Of a stretch of 64,000 nt of DNA, positions 9,573 through 18,674 are shown one piece after another. Both the position numbers and the translations under genes were made by a program. Origin of the DNA: Candidatus Omnitrophota bacterium (GTDB taxonomy: Bacteria; Omnitrophota; Gorgyraeia; Gygaellales; Profunditerraquicolaceae). The DNA is taken from positions 23,282 to 87,281 of the forward strand of contig JAQUOV010000006.1 in the NCBI GenBank assembly GCA_028716965.1, written 5' to 3'. The notes beneath the pieces were generated by a model. It saw nothing but the letters and a program-made list of their open reading frames with translations. It was not told the origin of the DNA and ran no database searches. Numbering within the stretch: position 1 is the first letter of the stretch; every line of letters starts with the position of its first letter.

Positions 9573-10309
9573 ATTTTCTCCCCCAGTGAATTAAGCGCCG
9601 TCAAAATGGGCGCATTTTTATCCAGAGTAAAAATCGAGGCACCTTTTAAACTTAATTCCCCGATTGAAGGGTCTTCCGGTAAAAAACCAAGATACTCCAA
9701 TCCTGTTTCTTCGATTTTTCTCTTCTCTATATCCTCATTAAAACGGTTTACCAATAGAAAGCTTTTTTTTATTTTAAGTTTCAATTGCGTTGAGAGCTCC
9801 TTTATCCTGCGTGCTGATTTTAATCCGATACTTGAGGCATCCGATACCACTATAAGCAGATCGGCAAAACAGCTGGTGCGCCTGGACAAATGCTCTAATC
9901 CCGCCTCATTGTCAATGATTATATAATCATAATCTTTGCTCAATTTGGAGACAACCGACCTTAAAACGTTATTCACGTAACAATAACATCCCGGCCCTTC
10001 GGGTTTACCCATACTCAAGATATCAAACCCGTCTTCTTCCTGGATCGCTGACTGCACCTGGTATTCTATAAAACGTTCTTTCGGCATGCCGGTAGGCACC
10101 TTTTCCGGGTTTGCGGATATATCGTCTAAAATCGCCCCCACGTCGCATCCGGGCTTAAAACCTAGAATCTCACCCAGATTACTATTGGGATCGGCGTCAA
10201 TAGCCAAAACCGAACCAATCTTCTTTTCCCGGATCCTGCGGATAATCAAAGATGCGATCGTAGTCTTCCCCATGCCGCCTTTACCGGCCATCGCGATAAT
10301 CCTGCCCAT
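9557..10309 (-). CDS. cooC: CO dehydrogenase/acetyl-CoA synthase nickel-insertion ATPase (CooC/AcsF, MinD/ParA family)
   Basis: 250 aa with a deviant Walker A motif (AMAGKGGMGKTT). It sits in the acs cluster. Confidence 0.8.
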   Translation of the reverse strand: MGRIIAMAGKGGMGKTTIASLIIRRIREKKIGSVLAIDADPNSNLGEILGFKPGCDVGAILDDISANPEKVPTGMPKERFIEYQVQSAIQEEDGFDILSMGKPEGPGCYCYVNNVLRSVVSKLSKDYDYIIIDNEAGLEHLSRRTSCFADLLIVVSDASSIGLKSARRIKELSTQLKLKIKKSFLLVNRFNEDIEKRKIEETGLEYLGFLPEDPSIGELSLKGASIFTLDKNAPILTALNSLGEKIWKHN

Positions 10310-12235
10310 CTAAAATTTCACCGTAGGGAATTTTGTTAAATCCGTATGAGGGAAAAATAACGCCTGGCTGTATTCATCCATATACCCCGGGTCAACAGAT
10401 AATTCAAAATAGGTGATCCTAGAAGCAATATTATTGGCCATGGTCATGGCCTGGTTTGATAAAAGTATCTGGCTGGCCCCCGCAAGCGCGCTGTTGCCGA
10501 TAAATGAAAATTTAGCAAGCCCTAAATCAGGCAGTAAGCCGATCTTAACCGCCTTCTCAATATCCAGGTAGGTGCCAAATCCGCCTGCGATAAATATCCT
10601 GGATATCTGCGTAAAGCACAGGCCAAGGTGCTTAACTAAAATAGCGGTAGCGGAATATATCGCTGCCTTTGAGCGTTTTAGATTTTCAATATCCGCTTCA
10701 TTAATTACGATATCCGATGAAATATCGGTTTCTTCCTTAAAACAGACCACGAATTCTTTTCCGGTATCTGTTTGACGGATACGCCTGCCCGCGGCTTTGA
10801 TCTTGCCGCCTTTGTCAATTATGCCGGCCTCCAGCATTGAGCTGAGTAGATCAATGTATCCCGAACCGCAGATCCCCTTCGGTTTTTTATCACCGATACT
10901 TGAATATTTGACCTCAAAGCCGGTTTTATCAATACTTATTTTCTGAATAGCCCCGTTGCTGGCGCGCATACCGCTGGTTACGCCGCTGCCCTCAAAGGCC
11001 GGTCCGGCTGAAGCTGCGCAGGCAACCAGGAAATCCTTATTCCCTAAAACAATCTCCCCGTTTGTTCCGATATCAATTAATATGCAAAGTTCATCCTTTT
11101 GATATATGCCGCTTGAGAGCACCCCTGCGGTAGTATCCCCTCCCACGTAACTGGAGACTCCCGGCACGCAGGAAAGCAAACCCCGGGGGTTAATACTTAT
11201 CCCGGCCTCCGCCGCGCGCAAAACAGGCAGAAAATTTGCCGTAGGCACATAGGGGTCTTTGCGGATGTGCGCCGGGTCAACGCTTAAAAGCAGATGGATC
11301 ATTGTGGTGTTCCCCGAACAAACAACGCAGTTAACATCATTTAAATCAATATTATGCTCAAGGATCAATTCACGGATTATCTGGTTCATTGTATTGCAAA
11401 CAGCCTCATGCAGCCTTTCCAGACCGTCGCTTTGCCCGGCATAGACTATGCGCGTAATTACATCGTTTCCAAAAGTAGCCTGTTGGTTATAGGTTGCCTT
11501 GGTCCCAAGGATTTTTTTTGAATTCAGGTCTACCAACTGTCCGGAGATAGTGGTTGTGCCGACATCAAAACAAAAACCGAAGTTTTTATCTGTCGTGTCC
11601 CCGGGTTCAACCAGGACGATCTCTACGGTATCGTTGCGCTTGCCTAACGTAACAGTAACCTTCCATTCGGAATCACGCAATAGTTCACCCAGCTGCCGGA
11701 TATTGAATAAGCCGGTCTGGATTACGGGAAAATCCCCAAGCTGGCGCAAAGCGCGGTATATCCGCTCCAGGTCTCCCGCGTTATCATCAAGCGTAGGCGT
11801 AGGCAACTCCAGGTATAATTTTGTGGCAAAGGGGGAATGTTTAAAAAGGCCTTCTTTGAATTTTGCATTCACCGGCTGGATATCCTCAGCTTTTGAATAA
11901 AGGCTGCCTAAACGCTCCCCTACCTGCGAAGGAGTAAGGCTATCAAAGCTAAGCCGGGAACTTTCAGGGATCTCTACCTCTAAATCGCTATGGATATTCG
12001 TAAGACAACTAAGGTATATATTGTGTTTTCTCTCTTCTGCCGTAATTATCCCGTTAGGCTGGGTACTTACCTGCCCCTTCTTTAGAATAACCTTGCATCT
12101 TCCACAGACACCGTCACCTCCGCAGACAGAGTTGACATATACCCCCGCGGAGATGGCCGCAGAAAGGATAGTCCTGTCTTTTTCCGCAAGGACAGATTTA
12201 TTATCCGGCATGAATGTGACTTTGAATTTTTGCAT
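10310..12235 (-). CDS. reductive activator of corrinoid protein (RACo): N-terminal [2Fe-2S] ferredoxin plus an ASKHA ATPase domain
   Basis: 641 aa. N-terminal plant-type ferredoxin cysteine pattern (CGGDGVCGRCKV) is followed by a large ASKHA-like domain. It sits between cooC and acsC. Confidence 0.8.
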   Translation of the reverse strand: MQKFKVTFMPDNKSVLAEKDRTILSAAISAGVYVNSVCGGDGVCGRCKVILKKGQVSTQPNGIITAEERKHNIYLSCLTNIHSDLEVEIPESSRLSFDSLTPSQVGERLGSLYSKAEDIQPVNAKFKEGLFKHSPFATKLYLELPTPTLDDNAGDLERIYRALRQLGDFPVIQTGLFNIRQLGELLRDSEWKVTVTLGKRNDTVEIVLVEPGDTTDKNFGFCFDVGTTTISGQLVDLNSKKILGTKATYNQQATFGNDVITRIVYAGQSDGLERLHEAVCNTMNQIIRELILEHNIDLNDVNCVVCSGNTTMIHLLLSVDPAHIRKDPYVPTANFLPVLRAAEAGISINPRGLLSCVPGVSSYVGGDTTAGVLSSGIYQKDELCILIDIGTNGEIVLGNKDFLVACAASAGPAFEGSGVTSGMRASNGAIQKISIDKTGFEVKYSSIGDKKPKGICGSGYIDLLSSMLEAGIIDKGGKIKAAGRRIRQTDTGKEFVVCFKEETDISSDIVINEADIENLKRSKAAIYSATAILVKHLGLCFTQISRIFIAGGFGTYLDIEKAVKIGLLPDLGLAKFSFIGNSALAGASQILLSNQAMTMANNIASRITYFELSVDPGYMDEYSQALFFPHTDLTKFPTVKF

Positions 12236-12252
12236 AAGCTGGAAAGCTGTGG

Positions 12253-13584
12253 TTAGTTCAGGTTCTTTAAAAACGCGGGGATTCCCGCAGCTTCTTTGGG
12301 ACCTACGATCACTTTAAAACCCGATTGTTCCTCCAGGTCGCCGCTTAAAACGGCTACATAACCCGGGATAATTAAGTTCCTGTGCTTCACTACATCCTGA
12401 ACACCGAATTTATCCAGCGACTTGGTAATAGATTCGGCGTTGAACTTCTCGGCAGCCCAGGCAGTAAGCACGGACATACCTTCGGTATCTACGCTTAAAA
12501 TATAAGAAGGTATTTTGCTGGCTTCTACTTCTCCCAAGACGGTGAAATAACTCAATGAGAAATTAGTGGTTACCAGGACCGGGGATTTTTCGGACGCCCC
12601 TCCCACGGGATAAAGCTTAGGTTCAATCTGCAGTGGTTTTTGCGGATCAGTATAAATATTCTGCCTTAAGGTTAAAATTGCCAGCACCTCCCATGCTTCA
12701 GTACCCCGGATAAGGACAGCACCGGCATATTTAGATATATAAGCGGTTGCCTCCATCGCTTCTTCATAAAAATCAGCTTTATCTACGATGGCCAGGCTTG
12801 GATAGCCTAAAGCGCGGTTTGATTTCTTAAGCGCCTGGCGGCGCAACTGGGTCAAATCCCATATTTTATCGGTAACGGATTTTGCGCCGGTATCTAAAAT
12901 CAGCTCGTTTACCCCGAGAGCATTAAGCTCTTTACTAAGGAACGCAAGGCCGTCAATATCCTGCGCGACTACCACTAAGGGGAGCTGAAACTCCTTAGCA
13001 ATAGGCGCAATCTGCGCGAAATTATCTTTAGTCGCGCAGTAAAGCAACGGTTTACGCCCCCTGGAGGCGCCTGCCGCCTGCTTAAGGGCAGACAGGTCGC
13101 TGCTCATTAACATAATCGGCAGGGCAGTGTTTTTTAAGACCAGCTCGGTTGCTTCCAGAAATCTCTTTGCATCCGTATTTTTATTTATTGCAATAAGGTT
13201 TACCTCCAGCACCTGGCCCACGCGTTCAAATTTCAGCTGGTTGATTCTTTCAAGTCTCTTCTTTATCTCAATGTCCGATAGGTTATCCTCAATAATAAAA
13301 CCCAGGGCTGTCGGATTACGGAATTTCTCCTCATGCCTGAACATTACCGTTTCATTGCCGATCTCAAGCTTTGCATCACCGCTACCCAAAGTAATGAGCT
13401 TAATCGGAGGCAATGCCTGCTCCTCTAATGCGGCCCGGGCTTGCGCCGAAATAAAAGGGCATTTCTCGATGGCCAGTGTCTTTTTGGCCAGCTGCATCGC
13501 AAAAGCAAGACAGGTAGCTAAACCGCACTGGCGGCAATTTGTTTTAGGGAGCAGCTTATAAATATCCAAACCAGAAAGTGCCAT
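12253..13584 (-). CDS. acsC: corrinoid iron-sulfur protein large subunit (acetyl-CoA decarbonylase/synthase gamma subunit)
   Basis: The N-terminus carries the [4Fe-4S] motif LLPKTNCRQCGLATCLAFAMQ...KCP, followed by TIM-barrel and B12-binding regions. The track ORF begins 12 codons upstream (13620). I place the start at the Met of MALSGLDIYKLL. Confidence 0.85.
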   Translation of the reverse strand: MALSGLDIYKLLPKTNCRQCGLATCLAFAMQLAKKTLAIEKCPFISAQARAALEEQALPPIKLITLGSGDAKLEIGNETVMFRHEEKFRNPTALGFIIEDNLSDIEIKKRLERINQLKFERVGQVLEVNLIAINKNTDAKRFLEATELVLKNTALPIMLMSSDLSALKQAAGASRGRKPLLYCATKDNFAQIAPIAKEFQLPLVVVAQDIDGLAFLSKELNALGVNELILDTGAKSVTDKIWDLTQLRRQALKKSNRALGYPSLAIVDKADFYEEAMEATAYISKYAGAVLIRGTEAWEVLAILTLRQNIYTDPQKPLQIEPKLYPVGGASEKSPVLVTTNFSLSYFTVLGEVEASKIPSYILSVDTEGMSVLTAWAAEKFNAESITKSLDKFGVQDVVKHRNLIIPGYVAVLSGDLEEQSGFKVIVGPKEAAGIPAFLKNLN

Positions 13585-13627
13585 GATTATCTCCTTGCCC
13601 ATAAGGGCACACCCGCGCAATACCTTA

Positions 13628-14305
13628 TTAGCGCGCAGTGCTGTTGATTAAACTGGCGAAGTAACCGGCGCCAAACCCGTTATCAATATTGACTACTGTC
13701 ACACCCGGGGAACAACCGTTTAGCATGGATAAAAGAGCGGCTAACCCGGAAAAGCTGGACCCGTACCCGCAGCTGGTCGGGACCGCAATAACCGGCGATT
13801 TGGCTAAACCGCTGACTAAACTAGCCAACGCACCTTCCATCCCGGCTACTACTATTATTACCTTTGCCTTTTTTAATTTATCTATATTGCTCATCAACCG
13901 GTGGACCCCTGCGACACCGACATCATATAATTTATCAACACAATTCCCCATTACTTGCAGGGTCTGCGCCGCTTCCTCGGCTATCGGGATATCGCTGGTG
14001 CCGGCAGAAATAACTAAAACCCGGCCCTTATAGGGTTTCTTGGGCTTAGCTGAAAAATACCCGATCTTCGCCAGGGGGTTGTATTTTAAAACAGGAATTG
14101 ACTTTTTCAGAACAGAAAATGTAGCCTTGTCTAATTTAGTTAATAACAGGTCTTCTTTTAACTTAATTATCTTTTTAGCTATTTTCTCCAGATGCCCTAT
14201 ATTTTTCCCCGGGCAGTAAATTACTTCTGCAAACCCCTTGCGTTTCTTTCTGTCTGTGTCCAGCTTAGCAAATCCCAGGTCACAGAAACCTTCTCTTAAC
14301 GACAT
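13628..14305 (-). CDS. larB: nickel-pincer cofactor biosynthesis protein LarB (PurE-like pyridinium-3,5-biscarboxylic acid mononucleotide synthase)
   Basis: 225 aa. LGFAKLDTDRKKRKGFAEVIYCPGK matches the LarB N-terminal signature. The C-terminal PurE-like part has the AGTSD and VVNIDNGFGA motifs. Confidence 0.8.
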   Translation of the reverse strand: MSLREGFCDLGFAKLDTDRKKRKGFAEVIYCPGKNIGHLEKIAKKIIKLKEDLLLTKLDKATFSVLKKSIPVLKYNPLAKIGYFSAKPKKPYKGRVLVISAGTSDIPIAEEAAQTLQVMGNCVDKLYDVGVAGVHRLMSNIDKLKKAKVIIVVAGMEGALASLVSGLAKSPVIAVPTSCGYGSSFSGLAALLSMLNGCSPGVTVVNIDNGFGAGYFASLINSTAR

Positions 14306-14309
14306 TTAT

Positions 14310-14618
14310 CTATAAACCCCGGTAAACAAGAAAACCAAACAGGGCTATTAAAAACATAGCAAGGATATAGAAGTCATTGAAATAAAAAAAATCGTGGATC
14401 ATATCCTGCAAAGTTCTTTCTTTCCCCTGGTATTCGGAATGCATAAGAGGATGCTCTTTTTTGTATTGCTCTACCTGGTCTTTCTTAAATCTTAGGTATA
14501 ACCCGCCTATTTTATAAGCCGGGATTACCCCCTTTTCCGCCAGGTCCAAAACATCCTTTTCGAATACGCCCAGGATAAGCGAAACATCCCGGACAGTCAG
14601 CAGTTTTTCTTCAGCCAT
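14310..14618 (-). CDS. excisionase-type helix-turn-helix (HTH_17-like) protein with a C-terminal transmembrane anchor
   Basis: 102 aa. An N-terminal HTH (LTVRDVSLILGVFEKDVLDLAEKGVIPAYKIGGLYLRFKKDQV) is followed by a hydrophobic C-terminal helix (FYILAMFLIALFGFLVY). Confidence 0.55.
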   Translation of the reverse strand: MAEEKLLTVRDVSLILGVFEKDVLDLAEKGVIPAYKIGGLYLRFKKDQVEQYKKEHPLMHSEYQGKERTLQDMIHDFFYFNDFYILAMFLIALFGFLVYRGL

Positions 14619-14624
14619 TTTAGT

Positions 14625-15134
14625 TTATTTTCCTATTTTGCCTGCCGCAACCCAGCTGTCAATCGCCTTACGCTCAAATTTCCAGTCATTCCCTTCTTTA
14701 TTCCCCGGCATCTTACCCGAATTCGCCCACTCCATTACTGAATTTAATTCCACCTCCAGGTATTTTGCCAGCTGTTCGGAATTAAGAAAATCATGCAGCA
14801 TTGAACACTGTCCTTCCAAAACAGCGCCTTCAGCGACATTCAACCTGGCTGGATAAATATGCCCTTCAACAATAGCCTGTGGCAGAAGAGTCAATCTCTC
14901 CTTTGCGGTAATCCTTCCTTTGACCCGGCCACCGATAATTATATTATCTCCGATAATATCCGCGTTGATTACGGCTGTAGAGCCTATGGTAAGGTTACCC
15001 CTGATATCAAGGTTGCCTTCAAATTTACCGTTAATACGCAGATTAACCGGATCTTTAAAAGATAAACTCCCCTGCATTGCGGCATCAACATCCAAAGTCT
15101 TTTCGTCCAGCTTCTTTTTAAATGCCATGCGCAC
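14625..15134 (-). CDS. bactofilin-domain protein fused to a C-terminal excisionase-type HTH (HTH_17-like) DNA-binding domain
   Basis: 169 aa. Residues 15-115 show the beta-helical bactofilin repeat pattern (INGKFEGNLDIRGNLTIGSTAVINADIIGDNIIIGGRVKGRI). The C-terminus (LNSEQLAKYLEVELNSVMEWANSGKMPG..KFERKAIDSWV) is an HTH paralogous to the neighbouring gene. Confidence 0.55.
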   Translation of the reverse strand: MRMAFKKKLDEKTLDVDAAMQGSLSFKDPVNLRINGKFEGNLDIRGNLTIGSTAVINADIIGDNIIIGGRVKGRITAKERLTLLPQAIVEGHIYPARLNVAEGAVLEGQCSMLHDFLNSEQLAKYLEVELNSVMEWANSGKMPGNKEGNDWKFERKAIDSWVAAGKIGK

Positions 15135-15585
15135 CCTCCTTTTTCTTAAGCTTAGGGTTATTTAAAATATCTCTCTCTATGTAGCGCAGTAGATATAGAA
15201 CGATTAAGACCAGAGCCGTGGCGTAGACCGCCATTCTATTAAACCCGCACCCTACCGCCAGGCCGATCCCTGAAACCACCCATAAGCTGGCGGCAGTAGT
15301 CAGCCCTCTTACCCCTTCGGGTTCGCGGATAATCGTACCGGCGCCCAAGAATCCAATACCGGTAATTACCCCCGCGGCAATGCGCGCCGGGTCTAATGAA
15401 GCAGTTTCTTTATATATATCAAAAACATACAGAGATGTCAACATTATAAGACAAGAACCCAAAGCCACCAGGATATGCGTGCGCAGGCCGGCATCCCTGC
15501 GATGGACCTGACGCTCAAGACCGATTGCCCCGCTTAAAAACAAAGTCAATAATAAACGCACGATCATCTGAAGATCAGTAGGCAT
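15118..15585 (-). CDS. mgtC: MgtC/SapB family membrane protein
   Basis: 155 aa with 4-5 TM helices. The N-terminal LLLTLFLSGAIGLERQ motif is characteristic of the MgtC N-terminal domain. Confidence 0.7.
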   Translation of the reverse strand: MPTDLQMIVRLLLTLFLSGAIGLERQVHRRDAGLRTHILVALGSCLIMLTSLYVFDIYKETASLDPARIAAGVITGIGFLGAGTIIREPEGVRGLTTAASLWVVSGIGLAVGCGFNRMAVYATALVLIVLYLLRYIERDILNNPKLKKKEGAHGI

Positions 15586-15594
15586 TAATCCTCC

Positions 15595-16584
15595 TTAATT
15601 ATTAAGCTCTGTATTCAAATACAAGCTGTCTCTTGCGCCCTGTTTATAAAGAAAATAGGCAAGCCCGCTAACCATGGCGGCGTTGTCCATGCATAAACTG
15701 ATAGTGGGGAAAAAACAGTCAATCCCTTCGCTGCGGGCCGAAGAAAGTAATTTTTGGCGTAAACAGCTATTAGCAGCTACCCCTCCTCCGATCAGGAGCC
15801 GCTTGGCATTCTTGCGCCTGCACGCCAGCAAAGATTTTTTTATCAGTACATTTATTACGCTCTCTTGAAACGAAGCAGCCAGGCTGGCATTCCCAGATTT
15901 GATCTTCTGCCGGTTATTTTTTAAATAGTACCAAACAGCTGTTTTTATACCGCTAAAACTGAAATCCAATTCTTCCTGTGTCCCTGAACAAGCGAATTTA
16001 ATCTTATTTTTATTGCCGTCCCGGGCTAACTTTTCAATCAACGGGCCGCCGGGATAACCCAGCCCCATAATTTTAGCCACCTTATCAAAAGCCTCACCGC
16101 AGGCATCATCCCGGGTCTGGCCCAAAACCCGTATATCAGAAAAATCCTTAACATAGAAAAGGCTTGTATGCCCTCCAGAGACCACTAAAGCTACAGAAGG
16201 AAGTTTTATGTTCCGATGACAAAGAATGTTCGCATAAATATGGCTATAGACATGGTTGACTCCCAGTATCGGCTTGCCTAAACTCAAAGCTAATGCCTTG
16301 GCAAAAGAAACTCCCACCAGAAGCGAACCCGGCAGGCCCGGCCCCTTAGTAACCGCAATCAGATCTATATCCTCCGTTTTGATCCCGGCTTCCTTAATTG
16401 CAGCGGAGTATACCCTGCCTATACTTTCCAGCTGCAAACGCGAGGCAATTTCCGGAATTACCCCGCCGTATTTACTATGTATCTTCAGGCTCGAGACAAC
16501 CAGATTAGCCATCACCGACTTGCCGTCCCTGACTATGCCGATACCTGTCTCATCACATGACGTCTCTATTCCCAGAACGATCAT
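15595..16584 (-). CDS. tsaD: tRNA N6-adenosine threonylcarbamoyltransferase
   Basis: 329 aa. It starts MIVLGIETSCDETGIGIV and contains HxxxH (NHVYSH) metal motifs of the Kae1/TsaD family. Confidence 0.9.
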   Translation of the reverse strand: MIVLGIETSCDETGIGIVRDGKSVMANLVVSSLKIHSKYGGVIPEIASRLQLESIGRVYSAAIKEAGIKTEDIDLIAVTKGPGLPGSLLVGVSFAKALALSLGKPILGVNHVYSHIYANILCHRNIKLPSVALVVSGGHTSLFYVKDFSDIRVLGQTRDDACGEAFDKVAKIMGLGYPGGPLIEKLARDGNKNKIKFACSGTQEELDFSFSGIKTAVWYYLKNNRQKIKSGNASLAASFQESVINVLIKKSLLACRRKNAKRLLIGGGVAANSCLRQKLLSSARSEGIDCFFPTISLCMDNAAMVSGLAYFLYKQGARDSLYLNTELNN

Positions 16585-17372
16585 TTAGCTATCTCCGAGA
16601 CAAAAACAAATTTATAACCGTCTTTTACCATCTGAGGTATGACCTCTTTTAGGACCGCAAGTGTATTCCTGCGGTCATGGCCGATTCCTATAGCTTGTCC
16701 TTTTTTCTTAGCCAGATCCCTTAATTTGAATATCTGTGCTTTTATATATGCCGGATCATCACGGTTATCCAGAAATATGTCTCTTTTAGCGAAACGTACC
16801 TTCATTTTCGCGGCTAATAAAGAACAGACGGATTTAGCAGTGACAAAACTATCCAAAAAATATAATTTACGCCTTTTTACTTCAGAGATAATTAACGCGC
16901 TAACCCTGCTGTTTTCGGTAATACGCGAACCCATATGGTTAGAGATGCCTTTTGCAAATAAGACCGAGGCTAAATCCTGGTCAAGGATGCTGCGGATGCG
17001 CAAGGCATCCATGGTTGTTGTGATAGTATTCTTTTCCAGCCGGTATTTTTCTTTTGGCTCCATCGGTAAATGCAGTATGATTTCAAACCCGAAACTATTC
17101 AATTTTCTCGCCACTAGGGCCGAATTATTCAGGTTGGGCAGGACCGCGCAAGTCAAAGGCTGTTTTATCTCTCCGGCATCCTTAAGGTTACTTAAATTAT
17201 AGCCCCAATCGTCTATTACGATAGCTATTTTTCCTTTTATAAGCGCAGCCTTGGGCAGGATCCTCTTGTGTACTGCAGTCAGGATAACAGCGACAAAGAC
17301 AAGAAACGAAAGAATCAAAACGGAGATAATTACCAGCTTTCTATTCATCTGTTTTCTTGCTTTAAACGCCAT
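16581..17372 (-). CDS. divergent polysaccharide deacetylase family protein (YibQ-like)
   Basis: 263 aa with an N-terminal TM helix. The IAIVIDDWGYN and HLPMEP motifs are typical of the YibQ/divergent polysaccharide deacetylase family. Confidence 0.65.
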   Translation of the reverse strand: MAFKARKQMNRKLVIISVLILSFLVFVAVILTAVHKRILPKAALIKGKIAIVIDDWGYNLSNLKDAGEIKQPLTCAVLPNLNNSALVARKLNSFGFEIILHLPMEPKEKYRLEKNTITTTMDALRIRSILDQDLASVLFAKGISNHMGSRITENSRVSALIISEVKRRKLYFLDSFVTAKSVCSLLAAKMKVRFAKRDIFLDNRDDPAYIKAQIFKLRDLAKKKGQAIGIGHDRRNTLAVLKEVIPQMVKDGYKFVFVSEIAK

Positions 17373-17381
17373 ATTCCAGGT

Positions 17382-18674
17382 CTAAACAGGAGGTTGATTC
17401 TCCTCGGATTTTTTATATAACTCTATGGCTCTCAGGGTATTTACAGCCCGCATTATCTGCGGGTCATTTTTATAATCAAAGGTACCTTCAGGAAGCTTGC
17501 CTTTTTTTTCTACGGATTCAACCTCTTTGAATATTTCATCGGTTTTGCTGATATTTACCTGAGCCGCCTTATTGTTACTGCCTTCATTTGAATCCACCTG
17601 GATATCGGGAGTGATCCCCTTGCCGTGAATTATTTTTCCGGAAGGGGTAAAATAATGGCTGGTGGTTAAGCGTAACGCCGAGCCGTCCCCTAAAGGGATA
17701 ACCGTCTGCACTGAGCCCTTGCCGAAAGATTTATTTCCTATAATTATGGCGCGTTTATAATCTTGCAAAACGCCGGCAACGATCTCACTGCCTGAAGCAG
17801 AGCCCTCATTAATCAGTATTACCAACGGCAAATCCAGAATGGCATTCTTATCTCCGGAAAGGAATTCAAAATCCTGATCCCGTTGCCTGCCTTTGGTATA
17901 GGCAATCATTTTATCCGGCGGAATAAACCTGCCGGCAACTTTTACCGCCACATCCAGCAAGCCGCCGGGGTTATTGCGTAAATCTATGATCAGGGCATTT
18001 AGCTTTTGTTTAGAGAGGGTGCTTAAGGCATTGTTCAGTTCCTTTAAAGTGTTCTCCCGGAATTCAGCCAGGCGTATATAGCCGATGCCATCTTCCAATA
18101 TGCGCGCCTGCTTGATATCCTTGATTTTTATGATGTCCCGGGTGATCTTAAAATCCAGGAGTTTTTTTTCGGAATCCCTTAATATAGTCAGGTTAACTGC
18201 CTCCCCGGGTTTGCCGCGCATCTTCTTAACGGCATCCATCAGCGTCATCTCCCGCGTCAACTCATCATTAATCTTTACGATGTGGTCATTTGCTTTTATT
18301 CCGGCTTTCCAGGCCGGGGTATCTTCAATAGGCGTGATTACCGTCAACACCCCGTCTTTTATGGTAATCTCGATACCCAGCCCTCCGAACTTGCCTTGTG
18401 TATCTACTTTCAGTTCGTTATAAGTCTCCGGATCCATGAATTGGCTATGAGGGTCAAGCGAAGCAAGCATGCCTTTCAATGCTCCATAGATTAAATCCTT
18501 CGGTTTAGTATCTTCAACATATTCCTGATTAATAATCGCCATGGTATCCGAGAACAACCCTACCTGCCGGTATAGATCATCATGGTTTTTCTTTTTATTA
18601 GCCGAGTATACCCCTGTTACGCCAACAAGCAAAAGCAGGGTTAATAAAAGCCCAATCAGTATATTTTTACGCAT
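17382..18674 (-). CDS. ctpA: carboxyl-terminal processing protease (S41 family, PDZ domain)
   Basis: 430 aa with an N-terminal signal/TM segment, a PDZ region ([40 protein letters not shown]) and an S41 catalytic region ([11 protein letters not shown]...K). Confidence 0.85.
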   Translation of the reverse strand: [430 protein letters not shown]

